DNA of 62,485 nt, counting the filler, from Sphacelaria rigidula (lineage: Eukaryota): the NCBI GenBank assembly GCA_964200075.2. It is 9 parts of 9 records of this genome, joined end to end, with 100 filler letters (N's around TTAATTAATTAA, not from the genome) between each part and the next. Parts side by side here need not be neighbours in the genome. Positions count along the whole stretch, not along the records: positions 48,680 to 55,532 come from CAXNAA020017758.1; positions 55,633 to 62,485 come from CAXNAA020017759.1; 7 more parts are not named here. One strand, written 5' to 3'. Position numbers and translations under genes: made by a program. Positions within the stretch are counted from its first letter, which is position 1. Every line of letters starts with the position of its first letter. Positions 50,998 through 62,485 of this stretch are shown here, piece by piece. Below the pieces are notes generated by a model. That model saw nothing but the letters and a program-made list of their open reading frames with translations, made no database searches and had not been told where the DNA came from.

Positions 50998-53500
50998 ATG
51001 TACCGCACCTGTGCTCGTCGAAGGCACGCTTTCGACTTCGGTGCTGCATCGCAAGTTTTCCGGGAGTACCTGCGAGATGAGGGTGTGGACTTCGTCAATG
51101 AACAAGTGGACGCTAAGGTATGCAATTTTGTTTGCATTCAACACCTCATACGTATTTTAGACGCCGTGTGACCAACAGTGTGTAAGGAGGATAGATAAAG
51201 CAGGTGGGTAACGAATGTGCGTGGGCTGGAACCTACGATAGCACCGCACCCCTGTCACGTATAGGATCAGATACCTTGGTATTTTCTCCCAAACACCCGC
51301 ACACGCGCCTCTTTTCCCTCCTTCTGCACGCGTGTACGTCTCTCATACGCTCTATCGGCTAGGCTCTGAGAAAAATATTTGCGGGCCTGGATCGAAACCG
51401 AGCGACGAGAACGTCGGCACTGTCAACGCCCGCCAGGGTCAAGCCACGCATACAACAAACATTGTCACTCGCAACAGAGGGTGACACCCGTGATTTATCT
51501 GATGAAAGCAGAACTTCATCTCGCAAGGTGCTTGGAGCGGAGGGGGTGAAGAACCATGCGTCAGCTCCCATGGGCGCCACAAAGACTCTTACCCTACAGG
51601 AAGCGAGCGAGGCCATCGCGTTTCAGAACATCACAGTTTGCGACGAAGCACGTCGCTGCCAGGACATGAAAATATGTGCGACTAAGAGCGCATGCAAAAC
51701 CGCACAATTGACCTCGCCGCCGTCACAGGCGTACGGTCATGAAGAGGAACACGACGATTCCGAGTGGTCGTTCGACTTGTTTATCCGAGAGCTCAGTGAG
51801 AAAGAGCAGAAACACGAGGCTCGAAAAGAACGCACATTCCGCAAAGTGCTGTCTTCCCTCGGGGGTCCTGAAAACGATGAGACTTCTATGGCAGGCGAGC
51901 TTCCTCCAAGCATTCTCCGTGCGTGGCAAACGCGGGGTAATGACATGGCATTGGCGAAGGCGAAAGCAAGGAGCGACAGTCAAAAGCGCGAGGTACATGC
52001 GTGAGTTCATGGTATAACGCGGTGACCCGGCGTTGTGCGGGGTTACCAAATAGCAATTTAAAGCGAAAAATACCATGCGTGTGGGCGACGCACTGCCATA
52101 ACCGCGCCCATCGGGAAGTAGTATGCTGCTAATTTCCTCAGTGATCAATTTGAGATAACTCAGTAATCGATATGAGATAACTGTCAAGACATGAAAAAAT
52201 GGGCTTGCTTTCAAGCTCAGTGATGGTGAAAAAGGACTTGCGTGAGGAGCGACCACTGATGCAAGCCCGAATCAAGCATTATTTGACTCCTATTCTAAAA
52301 ATACATCGACTAGAAAGTCCTTTCGTTGTGAGAAGCGCGTATACAAAGACGACAAAAGCGTACCTACGACACCGATTTGCACCGTTCTCCCGCCATGCAA
52401 TTTCAACACGGCCAGCACTGCTAACACTCGAACCTCATGCGACAACACCAGGAAAATTGCATTCTCGCTCTCCAGCGAGAACGCTTAAAAAACCGAAACG
52501 TACCGGGAGGAGAAGACAGCACCGGTGATGATCCCCTCGCAGAAATGACGGGTGACCCAGAATCGCCTGCCGAATCAGTTAGCTCTGCCGATTTTGCGCT
52601 GCAATCTACCGTGGATCCCTCCAAAGTATATGCCGCTGGAAGCGTGAGGTTAGAACTGGGAATGAACGCCGAGGAGCTGGATGAGTTACTCTCGAAACTT
52701 GAGGTGAGGCGCATACCGCGGTGTCAACATTATGCGAGTGAGAATCGCGATCATGCGACAAACACTCTGGGCGTCTATATCGCTCACCTGACTACCCAAT
52801 CGATTTTGTATAGGACTTCTCGCGTTAACAGGAAGTCCACTCGGCTGAATAATGAATAGGAGCAGCACTTCCATGGTACCAGCATCAACGTACAACTTAA
52901 TCCTTACTCGGCGAGAGTAGGTCATCTGTTGAGCCGGCGTAAAAAAAAAACACTTGAGAACATTACGCATGATCCAGATGGACTACCCTCGCGGTCTAAG
53001 GGTTAAGACCGGCTTGTAGAGGAACCTCAACACCTGCCTATCCGATCTGTATCACAACAAAATCAGCAGCAGCATCAACAGTCTCAGACAATCAACACGC
53101 CACTAAGTATCGCCGTTTCTAGTGCTTTTATCTGTCGGCCGATTATTCGACACGTCGAGGCCAAGACTCCTGCCATGCTGTTGCAGACACGAGCTTATAA
53201 TGCTGAGGAAAACGCGCGAGGAATTCACACGCCTCGAACGTTTCAGAAACACACGACAATTTTCTTGCCCAGGGGAATAGCAGCAGATGCAGCCACTGCG
53301 AAATATGACATTGAGCGTGTCCCACTTCTGCACAGGAAGAATCTGGTGTCACTTCGAGCACCAACGTACAAACGAACTCAGAGCTATCGCAAGTGTTGGA
53401 TATGCTGGATAAAGCGGCCGGTGAATCTCTTCCCGGTAACCCTGCTGGTAGGGCTGATGACGACGTCTCCCTGATCCGATCCGTGGCGCCGCCGAGTTAG
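50998..53500 (+). CDS. Uncharacterised protein, four exons: ~50998(5' uncertain)-51117, 51363-51992, 52476-52703, 53336-53500
   Basis: Three phase-0 GT-AG introns join open frames: ..HAFDFGAASQVFREYLRDEGVDFVNEQVDAK|ALRKIFAGLDRNR..SFDLFIRELSEKEQKHEARKERTFRKVLSSL..SDSQKRE|RERLKNR..ELDELLSKLE|EESGVTSS..SELSQVLDMLDKAAG..VAPPS*. The acceptors are pyrimidine-rich (ggctag, ctctccag, ctgcacag). I recognise no domain. Confidence 0.75.
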
Positions 53501-54721
53501 GGCATTGTGATGTGGGTATCGCTCCGCCTGGAATGGACCGGTCGGAGTGCACAGCCTGTCATGATGCCGTGACGCCAGCAGAACAGCCGTAGACCGGCCG
53601 GCGATGTCAGGCGTGCGGACGGATGTTGTATTGCAGATAGGTTGAATAGTAGCAAGGGTGAGAATTTGCGTGTGGATGCTCTACTTTCTGTTGTGTCAAC
53701 ACTATTCAAACGTGTCGAGATCTAGGCTATAATAGAAGGACGTCATTTCAAGCAAAGAAGGTGTAAGCGATACAGCTGTTTGATAGTTAGAAAATACTAC
53801 CCGCGCTAGACCACTTGGTCAGCGCCCGGTTCATTTTCGTTCGTCAGGAGGGAATGTCCACTGGAGTACTCGTGGCGAGAGCTAGCGAGCGGCCGAAGTG
53901 TTGCGGGCCTCTGGGGTCGCGAGCGGAAAGTCTTAAAACGCTTTTGTTCGCTAAAATAAATCACCCACTACAAGAGTACACCACTCATTCAGCGCTGAAG
54001 GAGTGGACTAGCTAGAGGATAAAGTAGTTTCTTCTTCTAGCGAATGCTGTTTCGCATCTTCAGAGGAGACACGTCTGACACCACATCGAGCAAGCGGTGG
54101 TCCGGAATGCAAGGTCCCCGGGTCACCACATTACGCCACAGTGTGTCGGGCGCACAGTTGTATAGAATGCTCCCCGTTTTTGCGGAGTTATAATAATACT
54201 TCGTATGTTGTGTCTTTCTCAGTTTTTTATTCTTTCGGTCATACTACGTTTGCTTGATCTATTTTTTTATTCCCCCCCCTTTTCCTCTACTTTAGCGAGC
54301 ATTTTCGTTTTGTTCATCCTAGATACGTCTCCCCTGTGACCACGACTAGGTCCCTGGGGGATTACTGTAGTTTATAAACCACAATCATTCATCAATCGAC
54401 CAACTAATCGAAACAATAATGTTTTCGTGAGATTGAGAGTAGAGCGCTGATTGAGAGTGGGTTTTATCATTCGCTTTAACTGGCCATTTTTCATTCCGTG
54501 TGTGCTTTCCAGTATCGCTCATTTGCGTGTGCTTACAGTCATACGTCGATATCCTACTCAGGGATATCAAGGGCTTGAGTGGCAAGCTACTACAGAATGC
54601 ATATCGGGCCTCTTGGAGAGGCGTTTCGGAACTGAAACGATTTATTCACTTATTGACCGCTTGTTTTCACTCTCAATGGTATCTTCTACCTCGGGCCGGA
54701 TGTTGTGGCAAACAGATCTTC

Positions 54722-55149
54722 GGCCCACGGATTGTTCACTTTTGGGACGTTTGAGCCACCTTTTGACCCCCAAACAGGGAAAATCGCCAAGACATATCTC
54801 GGACACTTTGCATCACCCCACAGAGAGAGGAGCCTAGTCTGCTTTTCAGATTCGCTGGGCTTCGAGGTTTCGAGAGCAGCCGCTGAACAAACATTCGTGC
54901 GCAAGAATCTGTGCTTGCCGACCCTCGCCAGTTTACCCAATAATCTGTTTAGATCGCCGCAAATTTTATTGCACACGAATTTTTGTTCAGCGGCCGCTCC
55001 CGAAACCTTGGAGCCAAGCGAATCTGAAAAGTGGGCTAGGCTCCTTTCTGTGGGGTGATGCAAAGTGTCCAAGACGTGTGTCGGCGATTTGTCCTGTTTG
55101 GGGGTGAAAAAATGGCTCGAACATGCCAAAAGTGAATATTCCGTTGGCC
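54722..55149. mobile_element. Long palindromic element (~190-bp arms)
   Basis: ttcacttttgg..cccccaaacagg..ggacactttgcatcaccccacaga..ggagcctag..ttttcagattcgct..gccgctgaacaaa pairs with tttgttcagcggc..agcgaatctgaaaa..ctaggctcc..tctgtggggtgatgcaaagtgtcc..cctgtttggggg..ccaaaagtgaa. Confidence 0.87.
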
Positions 55150-56497
55150 AAAAATTAGTGTGCCGTACCATCCGGTCTTTTATTGACCATTTTGGGTCCA
55201 AACCATTTTTGCTGTCGACTCTAGCGCAATGAAAAGGAAAAAGTGGCAAACTGCATTGAACAGCCGATCCTATTTTTTGGGGTTGAACTATAAAATGAGG
55301 TTCAACCCGCGAATCGCTTCCGTTGGGAAAATACCAAACAGTAACACAAGAGGAAGGTATTTCCCCCCCAAACTCCGCAGGAGGAGTTGGGCAGTTCGGG
55401 CTAGGTGCACCCAACGAATGCGGTGTACACGCGTGTCGATGGCGATATCGCCAGAGAGAGAAGCAACGACAGAGAGGAAGCTCCTCGCCCGTGTCCTTTG
55501 TGTGTCCCCGCTCGGCGACTACCAATATCGCTNNNNNNNNNNNNNNNNNNNNNNNNNNNNNNNNNNNNNNNNNNNNTTAATTAATTAANNNNNNNNNNNN
55601 NNNNNNNNNNNNNNNNNNNNNNNNNNNNNNNNCTTTGCTTGTCCTCGCTCGGCGATTACCACTATCGCTCGAGAGATTAGCATCATCGATGTTACTAGCA
55701 TGTACCCAATTTTCCATGTATGTTGTCCCAGAACACCGAGAGCTGCGGAGAGATTCCGTCGTCTCTTCTTGTTTTCTTGATGCGAAGATCAATCAAGTAC
55801 TCTCTGCCTCTCCTTTTGGGCAAGACGCGCGTCTGTACACTGAAGAACATGTCGATGAAAAACAGGACAATGATCCCGTCACCGCTGCTACTGTTCTCTG
55901 TCACACACATGCCAGCAAGGGCGGTGCTGCGGCAATAACACATATATCCAATTTGGACTTGAGGGGTGTTAATCATCGCTGATTTGCGCCGGCGTCCCCA
56001 AGCCGGGCGCGCGAGCAGAACAGCGTGCCACACGCCTGTTCAGGGGGGTGTATGAGAGATCAAACACTTGTAGGGACCTTTTTGACATGCAGAGTGAAAA
56101 AAGATACCTATGGTGGCGATCTAACTGTTGCTAGCGTGGCGCATAGGCAATCTGCAGCACACATACGGTAGTCGCGTGGACAGCTCGGTACAGCACGAGT
56201 ACCTTCCCATAAGTAATAATTATTCCGATTTCAGGAGGTCATGGATTATCACAACTGGGGAGGAGAGACGAGAGTGCTCTACGATCAACCGCATGTCGTT
56301 GCACTCGAGACCCACGCCATCAACTGCCGACAGCAAGGGTCTTGTGGCTTTCACGCGACGCTGTCGGTAGTACGGCAGGCAAACCGGATCATAGCTACCT
56401 CTCGTCTGCGCAGTGGTGGTCACGCTAACAGACTGCACCGACTTCGCAAGACCTGTGACAGATGGAGAGTTTGATTTTCCTGAGCTGCATGCACAAG

Positions 56498-56830
56498 ATG
56501 AAAACGGCTCTGAAAACCTGAGGGAAGGTGGCCGCTTCAGGTCCGGTGAAACATCCGAAGAAACTGTCGAACAGCAATACGAAACCTTTCCGGGATCGGC
56601 ATCGGACAGTGCTCGAACAACGGAACAGAAATCGACAAGTTACTGTTCGTGTTAGAAACCAATGCGCGTGGAACACTTTGCAGCTTGGAAAACACAGATT
56701 TTGATGGAGAGAAACTTCTCCAGGCCCCCATGTGTGTTGTATCCGCCTGTAAAATTCTTTCCTTGTTCATCGATGCCTGGCTGGGGGACAGGGAAGCCGT
56801 GCTCCCTAAGGTTTTGGGAACCGTTTTCAT
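56498..56830. repeat. Inverted repeat pair (~40 bp) with diverged interior
   Basis: atgaaaacggctctgaaaacctgaggga pairs with tccctaaggttttgggaaccgttttcat. Confidence 0.6.
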
Positions 56831-57789
56831 TCAAAGCCTACCAACCACGTCATTCTGACGGGAGAGTATGCCCTCGGCTGAGCCTTTGCTCCACAGCAAC
56901 AGGTCGGAATTTCACCTTCAAGGACAAGACACGAGCAGGCGGATAACCATGCAGTACTCGCCGAAAAACGTCCGCCCTGTTTCGTACAAGCTCACAATTC
57001 CGGCTCACGCCGCTCTTCGATATGCCGTTATACGCGGCGGCTGTTCATTTAAACGGGTACACTGAGTGAACAAGCACATGTGTGGATAGATTTATGCTGA
57101 CGCACGGGTACTAGTGGTCGAGTGTGTGTGACTGCCAGTCCATGCTCCAGGCAGCTGCGTCGCCGCCTCTTGCCCCCACACCACATCTGATCCCCCTACG
57201 CTATGGCATGCATGATCATGAGTACGATAGGTTCGACTCCGCCAAGACACTCTCCAATGATACAAAATTTTAAACTATCTATGCTTTGCTACGGGCCACG
57301 GAATACACTAGTGTTACAACCGGTTGGGCAAAATTGCAGATCAAGGTGGTAGGCCTGCTCCAGTAGTCGGCGAGCAGGGTGTTATTGAGCAATTTGGGAT
57401 GGTGACTAGCCAGCTGAGTTCCATGTCTGAGCTACTGCGTGACTTGCAGTTGAACCAAACTACATAACGAAGTGAAGCAAATGATATGAGGGTAATGAGA
57501 GAGTCCGGGGGCGTTGAAACAAATGACATCATCGATAGTGATGATTGCCTAGTCCACAGGGGGAACCAGAACAATCAGTACAATAGTAGAGCGACGTAGT
57601 GCCCGAGTTCGAAGAGACCGTCTGTACATCGGGAGTCAAGCCGTTCCGGAGGACGGAGCTCGCGACGCGGGGGACAACGAGGCCAGAGACGACGGAGCTA
57701 GGGGCTTTGTCCCCGAACGTGAGTCCTTTATAAATGATGCAAGTGGGAATGTGTCAGGAGTCCCCGTCTTTCGCCCCAAAACTAATTGG

Positions 57790-58668
57790 GCGTTGTTGAT
57801 CAAAATCGATGGAGTCAAGATTGATGATCGTGACGATCCAGAGCAGAAGCTTCTCGAGATGGAGGAAATTGCATGAGACCTGAATTCATATGAACAACCC
57901 CTGAGCAAAAAGCGTATCTTCTTGAAATTCCTCAATGCCTTGCCATACGAGTATCACGTGCAGAAGCAGTTGCTGGAAGATCGAGAGGGGCCGCTGACAC
58001 GGGAGGTTGTGCTAACCTCGGTCCGAAAGCGCTTTGAGGCGACCACTCTGGAGCAGGAACTTGCCCGAGGAAAGAAGTCATCCCCGGACGACCAGGCCCT
58101 CTTCGCCAGGGGTGGGACCGGAAAACTGAGCGGTGCACACCGCAAGGGAAAACCGGGAACACCCCAGGGCTCTGGTCAGAAAAATGGCGTGAGCAAGAGT
58201 TCTAGTAGCTCGGGGTCGACATCGTCGGACGGCAAACCAGCGACTGTGAAGCTACTTCGCTGCCACGTTTGCGAAGAGGATACGATGCACAGCGTCAGGG
58301 ACTGCCTGAAGAGACACTGCGGGAGGTGCGGTCACCAGGGGCACAAGGTCTGGGACTGTCCGAGCTCGACGGCGAAGAAAGAAGATGTGGCGATAGCGAT
58401 GGTCGCGGCCGACAACAGCAACGACTCCTCCGTTTGCCCGGACGCGGACGGGGAAGCTTTCACCTCTTTTGACACCACCATCAACGGCGAAACAGGCGAG
58501 TACGTATTGTGTGTTGGGCAGGGGGGTGATCAACAGCAGGGTGGGGCGAGACGGGGGCTACCCAGCACTTCTCCCCCCGATTCCCGTGGAATGACGGAGT
58601 ACAGAGAGTGTCAGGGTAGGGTACTACGGTGCGCGGGTAGTAGTACTGTGACGCCAGCAGGTTGCTAG
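57790..58668 (+). mobile_element. Ty1/Copia-type LTR retrotransposon gag (and partial protease region) remnant
   Basis: DDPEQKLLEMEEIA*DLNS..KFLNALPYEYHVQKQLL..LTREVVLTSVRKRFE is Copia gag-like. Two zinc knuckles follow (CHVCEEDTMHSVRDC, CGRCGHQGHKVWDC), then GMTEYRECQGRVLRCAG. There is an in-frame stop and the protease DSG motif is absent. Confidence 0.8.
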
Positions 58669-58867
58669 CACTGCAGCGTCTAATGCTGTTGAGGGATTCC
58701 CCAGTTCCACTGGCCTCAAGGTCTCAGTTGTCAGCCTTCACAACACTTTTATTATTCCCGGAATAAACAGCTGCAGCCCCGTGCCGTCAGGCCTGAGCTA
58801 CACAGCAAGGGTCATCATCCACAGGATGCCCTTGTCCCCTGGTCATCATCCAGGATCCACTCTATAC

Positions 58868-61800
58868 TCAACGTGACGGCGTGATTTCGCCACAGCACCC
58901 CCAAAGCGTGTTGGACGAGAATCGAGCTACAAGCTTGACACTCAGAAAACTAACGCCAACATGATTGAGCAATTCACAACTGAATCCCACTACCGCCGTA
59001 CGATCATTTCGACGACGATACACTGTATTGAGTGCCCATTGCACCGGCGGCAACACGCCCACCCACTCGGAAACCGCTCTACGCTGCTCGTAAAGAACAG
59101 AGCGAAGAGCACAAACTACTTCCTTGACCATGCGTTTGCACGTACCGTTAGACCGCGGAGAATACGCTACCGCAAACTGGTGATCAATGCGCAAAGCCCC
59201 TCGCAATCGGGCCAAGATCGCATTCTTGAAATGCGTGTCGGTATCACTCACCCACACACGGGGCACCCCCAAAGGTTTGCACCGATTCAGCAAAGACGCC
59301 GCAGTCGATTCAGCAGTACACACGGCTACTGGTTCCAGAGCCACAGAGTTGCTCAAATCATCCATGATTACCGAAATGTATTGGAACCCAGCATCCTCCG
59401 ACAAACCTTGGGAAGCTAGCGGGCCACTCTCGCCCACGTGAAAGAAGTCAAAGTGAACGACCTCATTCGGCGTGGTCCCATGGACCGTTTCACCGAGCGG
59501 GCGGGGAACAACATCGCCCGCCCTCGAGTCAGCGCAATGAAGACACTGGCGGACAAATTTGCGCGCACGAATTTCTATCCCCTGCCAGGCACAAAACTCT
59601 TGCAAGCGCGCGAGCGTCGCAGCCACACCACGATACCCAGGGTCGCGCATGTGCGCGCAAATCATCAGACGTGCCTGCAACTACTTGTCAGAACTTGGAA
59701 TGCACAAAACGTTTCGGCCACGCACATGCACACAAAATAGACCTTTATTATCAAGATTGCAGTACCAATATCCGACTCGAAAGATAGTACATCCGCATCT
59801 TCGGCCCAAGGTCTTTTCGTTGGGCTTGGCGGACAACAAATGTGGACGGCATCAACTCATCAGGTTCGCACGGACCATACACAGCCACAGCGCGCGCAGG
59901 CAAAGTGGGAATATTTACCCAGCGCGACAGAAAGTCACCCCATGCGTCACGTTCACCCGGAATATGACAAATCGTGTACCGATACTGGCCTAATACACCT
60001 TTCCACCCCTCCAATCGCTGTGCCAACGCCTTCGACGCAGACGTCATGCATGCCTCCGGGTTGAAAATGTACGCTACATTTCGGTGATGCGTGAAAATGT
60101 GTACGCCATTCCACAATAGATGCTCAAGACGACGAAAAGTGCTCACGATAGCGAAACCTTCCTTGTCAATGGTTGCCCAACAAATCTGTGAACTCTTGAA
60201 ATCACCACTCAGATAAGCCAGCTGTTTATGCGTCATGTCTTCAACCGGCAACCGTTGTTGCGTTTCTGCCTCAGGCACCTCCATGACCTGACTACCCCAA
60301 TGGCACGCACATGCATCCGGAAACATTGCCACCTGACAATCAGGACGAGGACGGAGCAGCGTCACGGCATGAGCCACCAGATCCTTCGCTGCCGCCCACG
60401 CCTGCAGCTTGCCCTCCGTCCACGATGCAGCCTTCTTCGGAAACGCCATATCCGCACTGGACCACCCCGCCTGCAAATTTCGTAACACCAACCCGAGCGC
60501 CAGAAGAGCCGCCATGCACAATGCCAACCAACTCGACCTCACTGGATCGTACTGCCGCGGCTTCGTCTTCACCGCGGATGCCCCAGGTTTTGGCTGAGCA
60601 CGCATGGGCTCCACGCGCGCAGGGGGATCACCCCGCAGCGCACGACGAAACACCTTGATGCGGCAATGCAATATGCCGCGCAGGCACTCCGCTTTTGAGA
60701 CGCTGAGGCTGTTCGCCCCAGCATTCGTCACGCTCTCCTCCAGCGCGACTTCCCTAGTGGACTCCTCTTCCGCCGGGTCAATAAATATCTCCGGGCCGCA
60801 CTCTACCAAGCGTTCCACCGCCGCATCCCGTTCTTCGGCCACCTGCCTTCCATCCTCCTGAAAAGCATCCACCGACAAGCTCACGCGACGACTGCCCAAA
60901 ACGGCGGGCGTCTCCAAGCGTGGACCAGGCGGAGACATCCGCGTCTTCATGGAGTCCCACAACCGCCGAGCGTTGACTCCAACATCCTGAACCATCGGCG
61001 ACCCCAGAAGAATAACGCCATTCGTCTCCGGCATGATCGCAAACGAGAACGAAGGCAACTGCGCCGGCCTCCAGGAAGTCGTCAAAGTCAGCTGCAGCGG
61101 AACAGTACGCTCTGTGACGTAAACATCCTGACCCGACGCGGTGACGGCCTGCCGCGCCCCGAGCGAAAACGGAGTGCGCAGCGGCACACCCGGGAGAAGA
61201 CGCTCCAACATCTCTACAATCTGTATTGACATACTCGTATGACCCGTCCAGTGGGCGCCAGAATCCCACTTAGCCTCTACCGCAATGGCTCCCCGCGCCC
61301 GGTGATTCGGGAGATGAAACTTTGCAGGAATATATTTGCCTTGATACTCGACCGGCACCTGCTCCGCCGAGTGATTGTTCGTGATCCCCAATTGGCGCCA
61401 CGGCTGCGCGTGCGGCGCAGGCATGGACGCCCCCGCTGGGGTCATCGGCACCGCCTGCGGGTACGAAGACCCGCCCGCAGAACCGAATTGCAGCGGTACT
61501 CTGGCCGACGCAGCAGCGGATCCAAATTTCAGCTGAAATCCGACCGGCTCCGCAGCAGGGGTCTCGCCTTGCTCTGATGCCGGCGGCGCCGGCACCGAGC
61601 CCGACACTAGAGAGGTCGGTCCCACCTGCACCGCCCGTTGTGGAACAGCAGCCCCTGCGGCTGAGTCGGACCCAGAACCGGACCCCTGCTGACGCCGCTG
61701 CCCCTGCTACTGCTGCTGTTGGGAACTCGACTGTACACCTCCACCGCTGGAGGATCCGCCTCCGCCGCCACCCCGATTACCTTTCCCTCCTTTGTGATTG

Positions 61801-62485
61801 CGAGGGCGCGCGGCACTCGTCTGCCCAGACTCCCCCTCAGTAGGCGTTGGGCACTTCTGTGCAATGTGGCCTACCTACCTGGCCACACTGATAGCAAGTA
61901 ATATTGGCGGCGGCACTGCCTGCGGATTTTGATCTTCAGTTACGCGAGCTCGAAGACTGCGGCGACGAAGTGGATGATTTTCCGAATACTTCGACCCGCC
62001 GCCATGCCTGAGCTTCAGCCACCACGGTATCCATAACTAAATACGGGTCTGACATCCAATTTGTTTCGTGCTGTAACTGCACAAGCACGGCTTGCTGGAA
62101 AAGACGTACACCGCCCAAATCCGGCACGGGTGGAACGCGCCGATGCTCTTGGACGCACAAAGGGGGGTGGGGCCCAGCAGTGGGATGCGACAGTGATGAT
62201 TGGCGAGCTGCCGGGGGGGGCGGTGGACACGGAAACGGCGGTAGAGGCGTCGAGTGCGAGTGGTTACGGCGATAGTGTTTCAATGGGGGCCAGCGGGTGC
62301 CATTCAGCGGCGGCATCGGTCGGGGGGGGACGGCGGTGCCGCGGGTGGCGGCAGCTGCGGCCGGCGGAGGTGTCGATTGCAGCGATCTGACAAGAGCGCC
62401 CTCGCGGACATATCTTGAGATATCTTGAGGTGGTGACAGGCCGGGGAACAGGTGAGGCGGCGGCGGCGCCGAGGAGGGTGCCACG
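58868..62485 (-). mobile_element. Ty3/Gypsy-type LTR retrotransposon remnant (gag knuckle-protease-truncated RT-RNase H-integrase)
   Basis: A CYQCGQVGHIAQKC knuckle at ~61851-61896 is broken by a 4-bp GTAG duplication. Then come protease WDSGA, RT start (WSSADMAFPKK), RNase H (FPDAC, IDKEG, FTHHRNV, WGDFLSR) and integrase (VRQCLHC, VHFDF, WVSD, NGTCKRM). Integrase lies after RNase H, which is the Gypsy order. Confidence 0.92.

Noticed and set aside
54451..55525. 279-aa and 128-aa ORFs sharing similar peptides on opposite strands
   Set aside because: This is an artefact of the DNA palindrome at 54722-55149. The same explanation holds for ORF pairs at 13217-13858 and 56413-56834.

Overview
This is eukaryotic nuclear DNA, most likely a brown alga (Phaeophyceae). 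That assignment is inferred from an intron-containing LHCF/FCP gene with a bipartite presequence and from the repeat types. The window is not one locus. It is nine contigs of near-identical, decreasing length (6855, 6855, 6854 x4, 6853 x3 bp) joined by an artificial 100-bp linker (44N-TTAATTAATTAA-44N), so adjacency across linkers has no biological meaning. Three genes can be reconstructed by hand from splice sites: a complete two-exon fucoxanthin-chlorophyll a/c binding protein, a seven-exon minus-strand ankyrin-repeat gene fragment with a GC-AG intron, and a four-exon gene for a protein I do not recognise. The rest is mainly decayed mobile DNA: RTE-type LINE remnants, tRNA-derived SINEs, Copia and Gypsy remnants, a pogo-like transposase remnant, MITEs and microsatellites. 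The most striking unexplained structure is a set of more than a dozen long (about 100-570 bp) imperfect palindromes. They belong to a few recurring families, occur as linked modules, and in one place form a branched multi-hairpin. I found no clear evidence of a new enzymatic system; the palindromic composite element is the best candidate for something undescribed.
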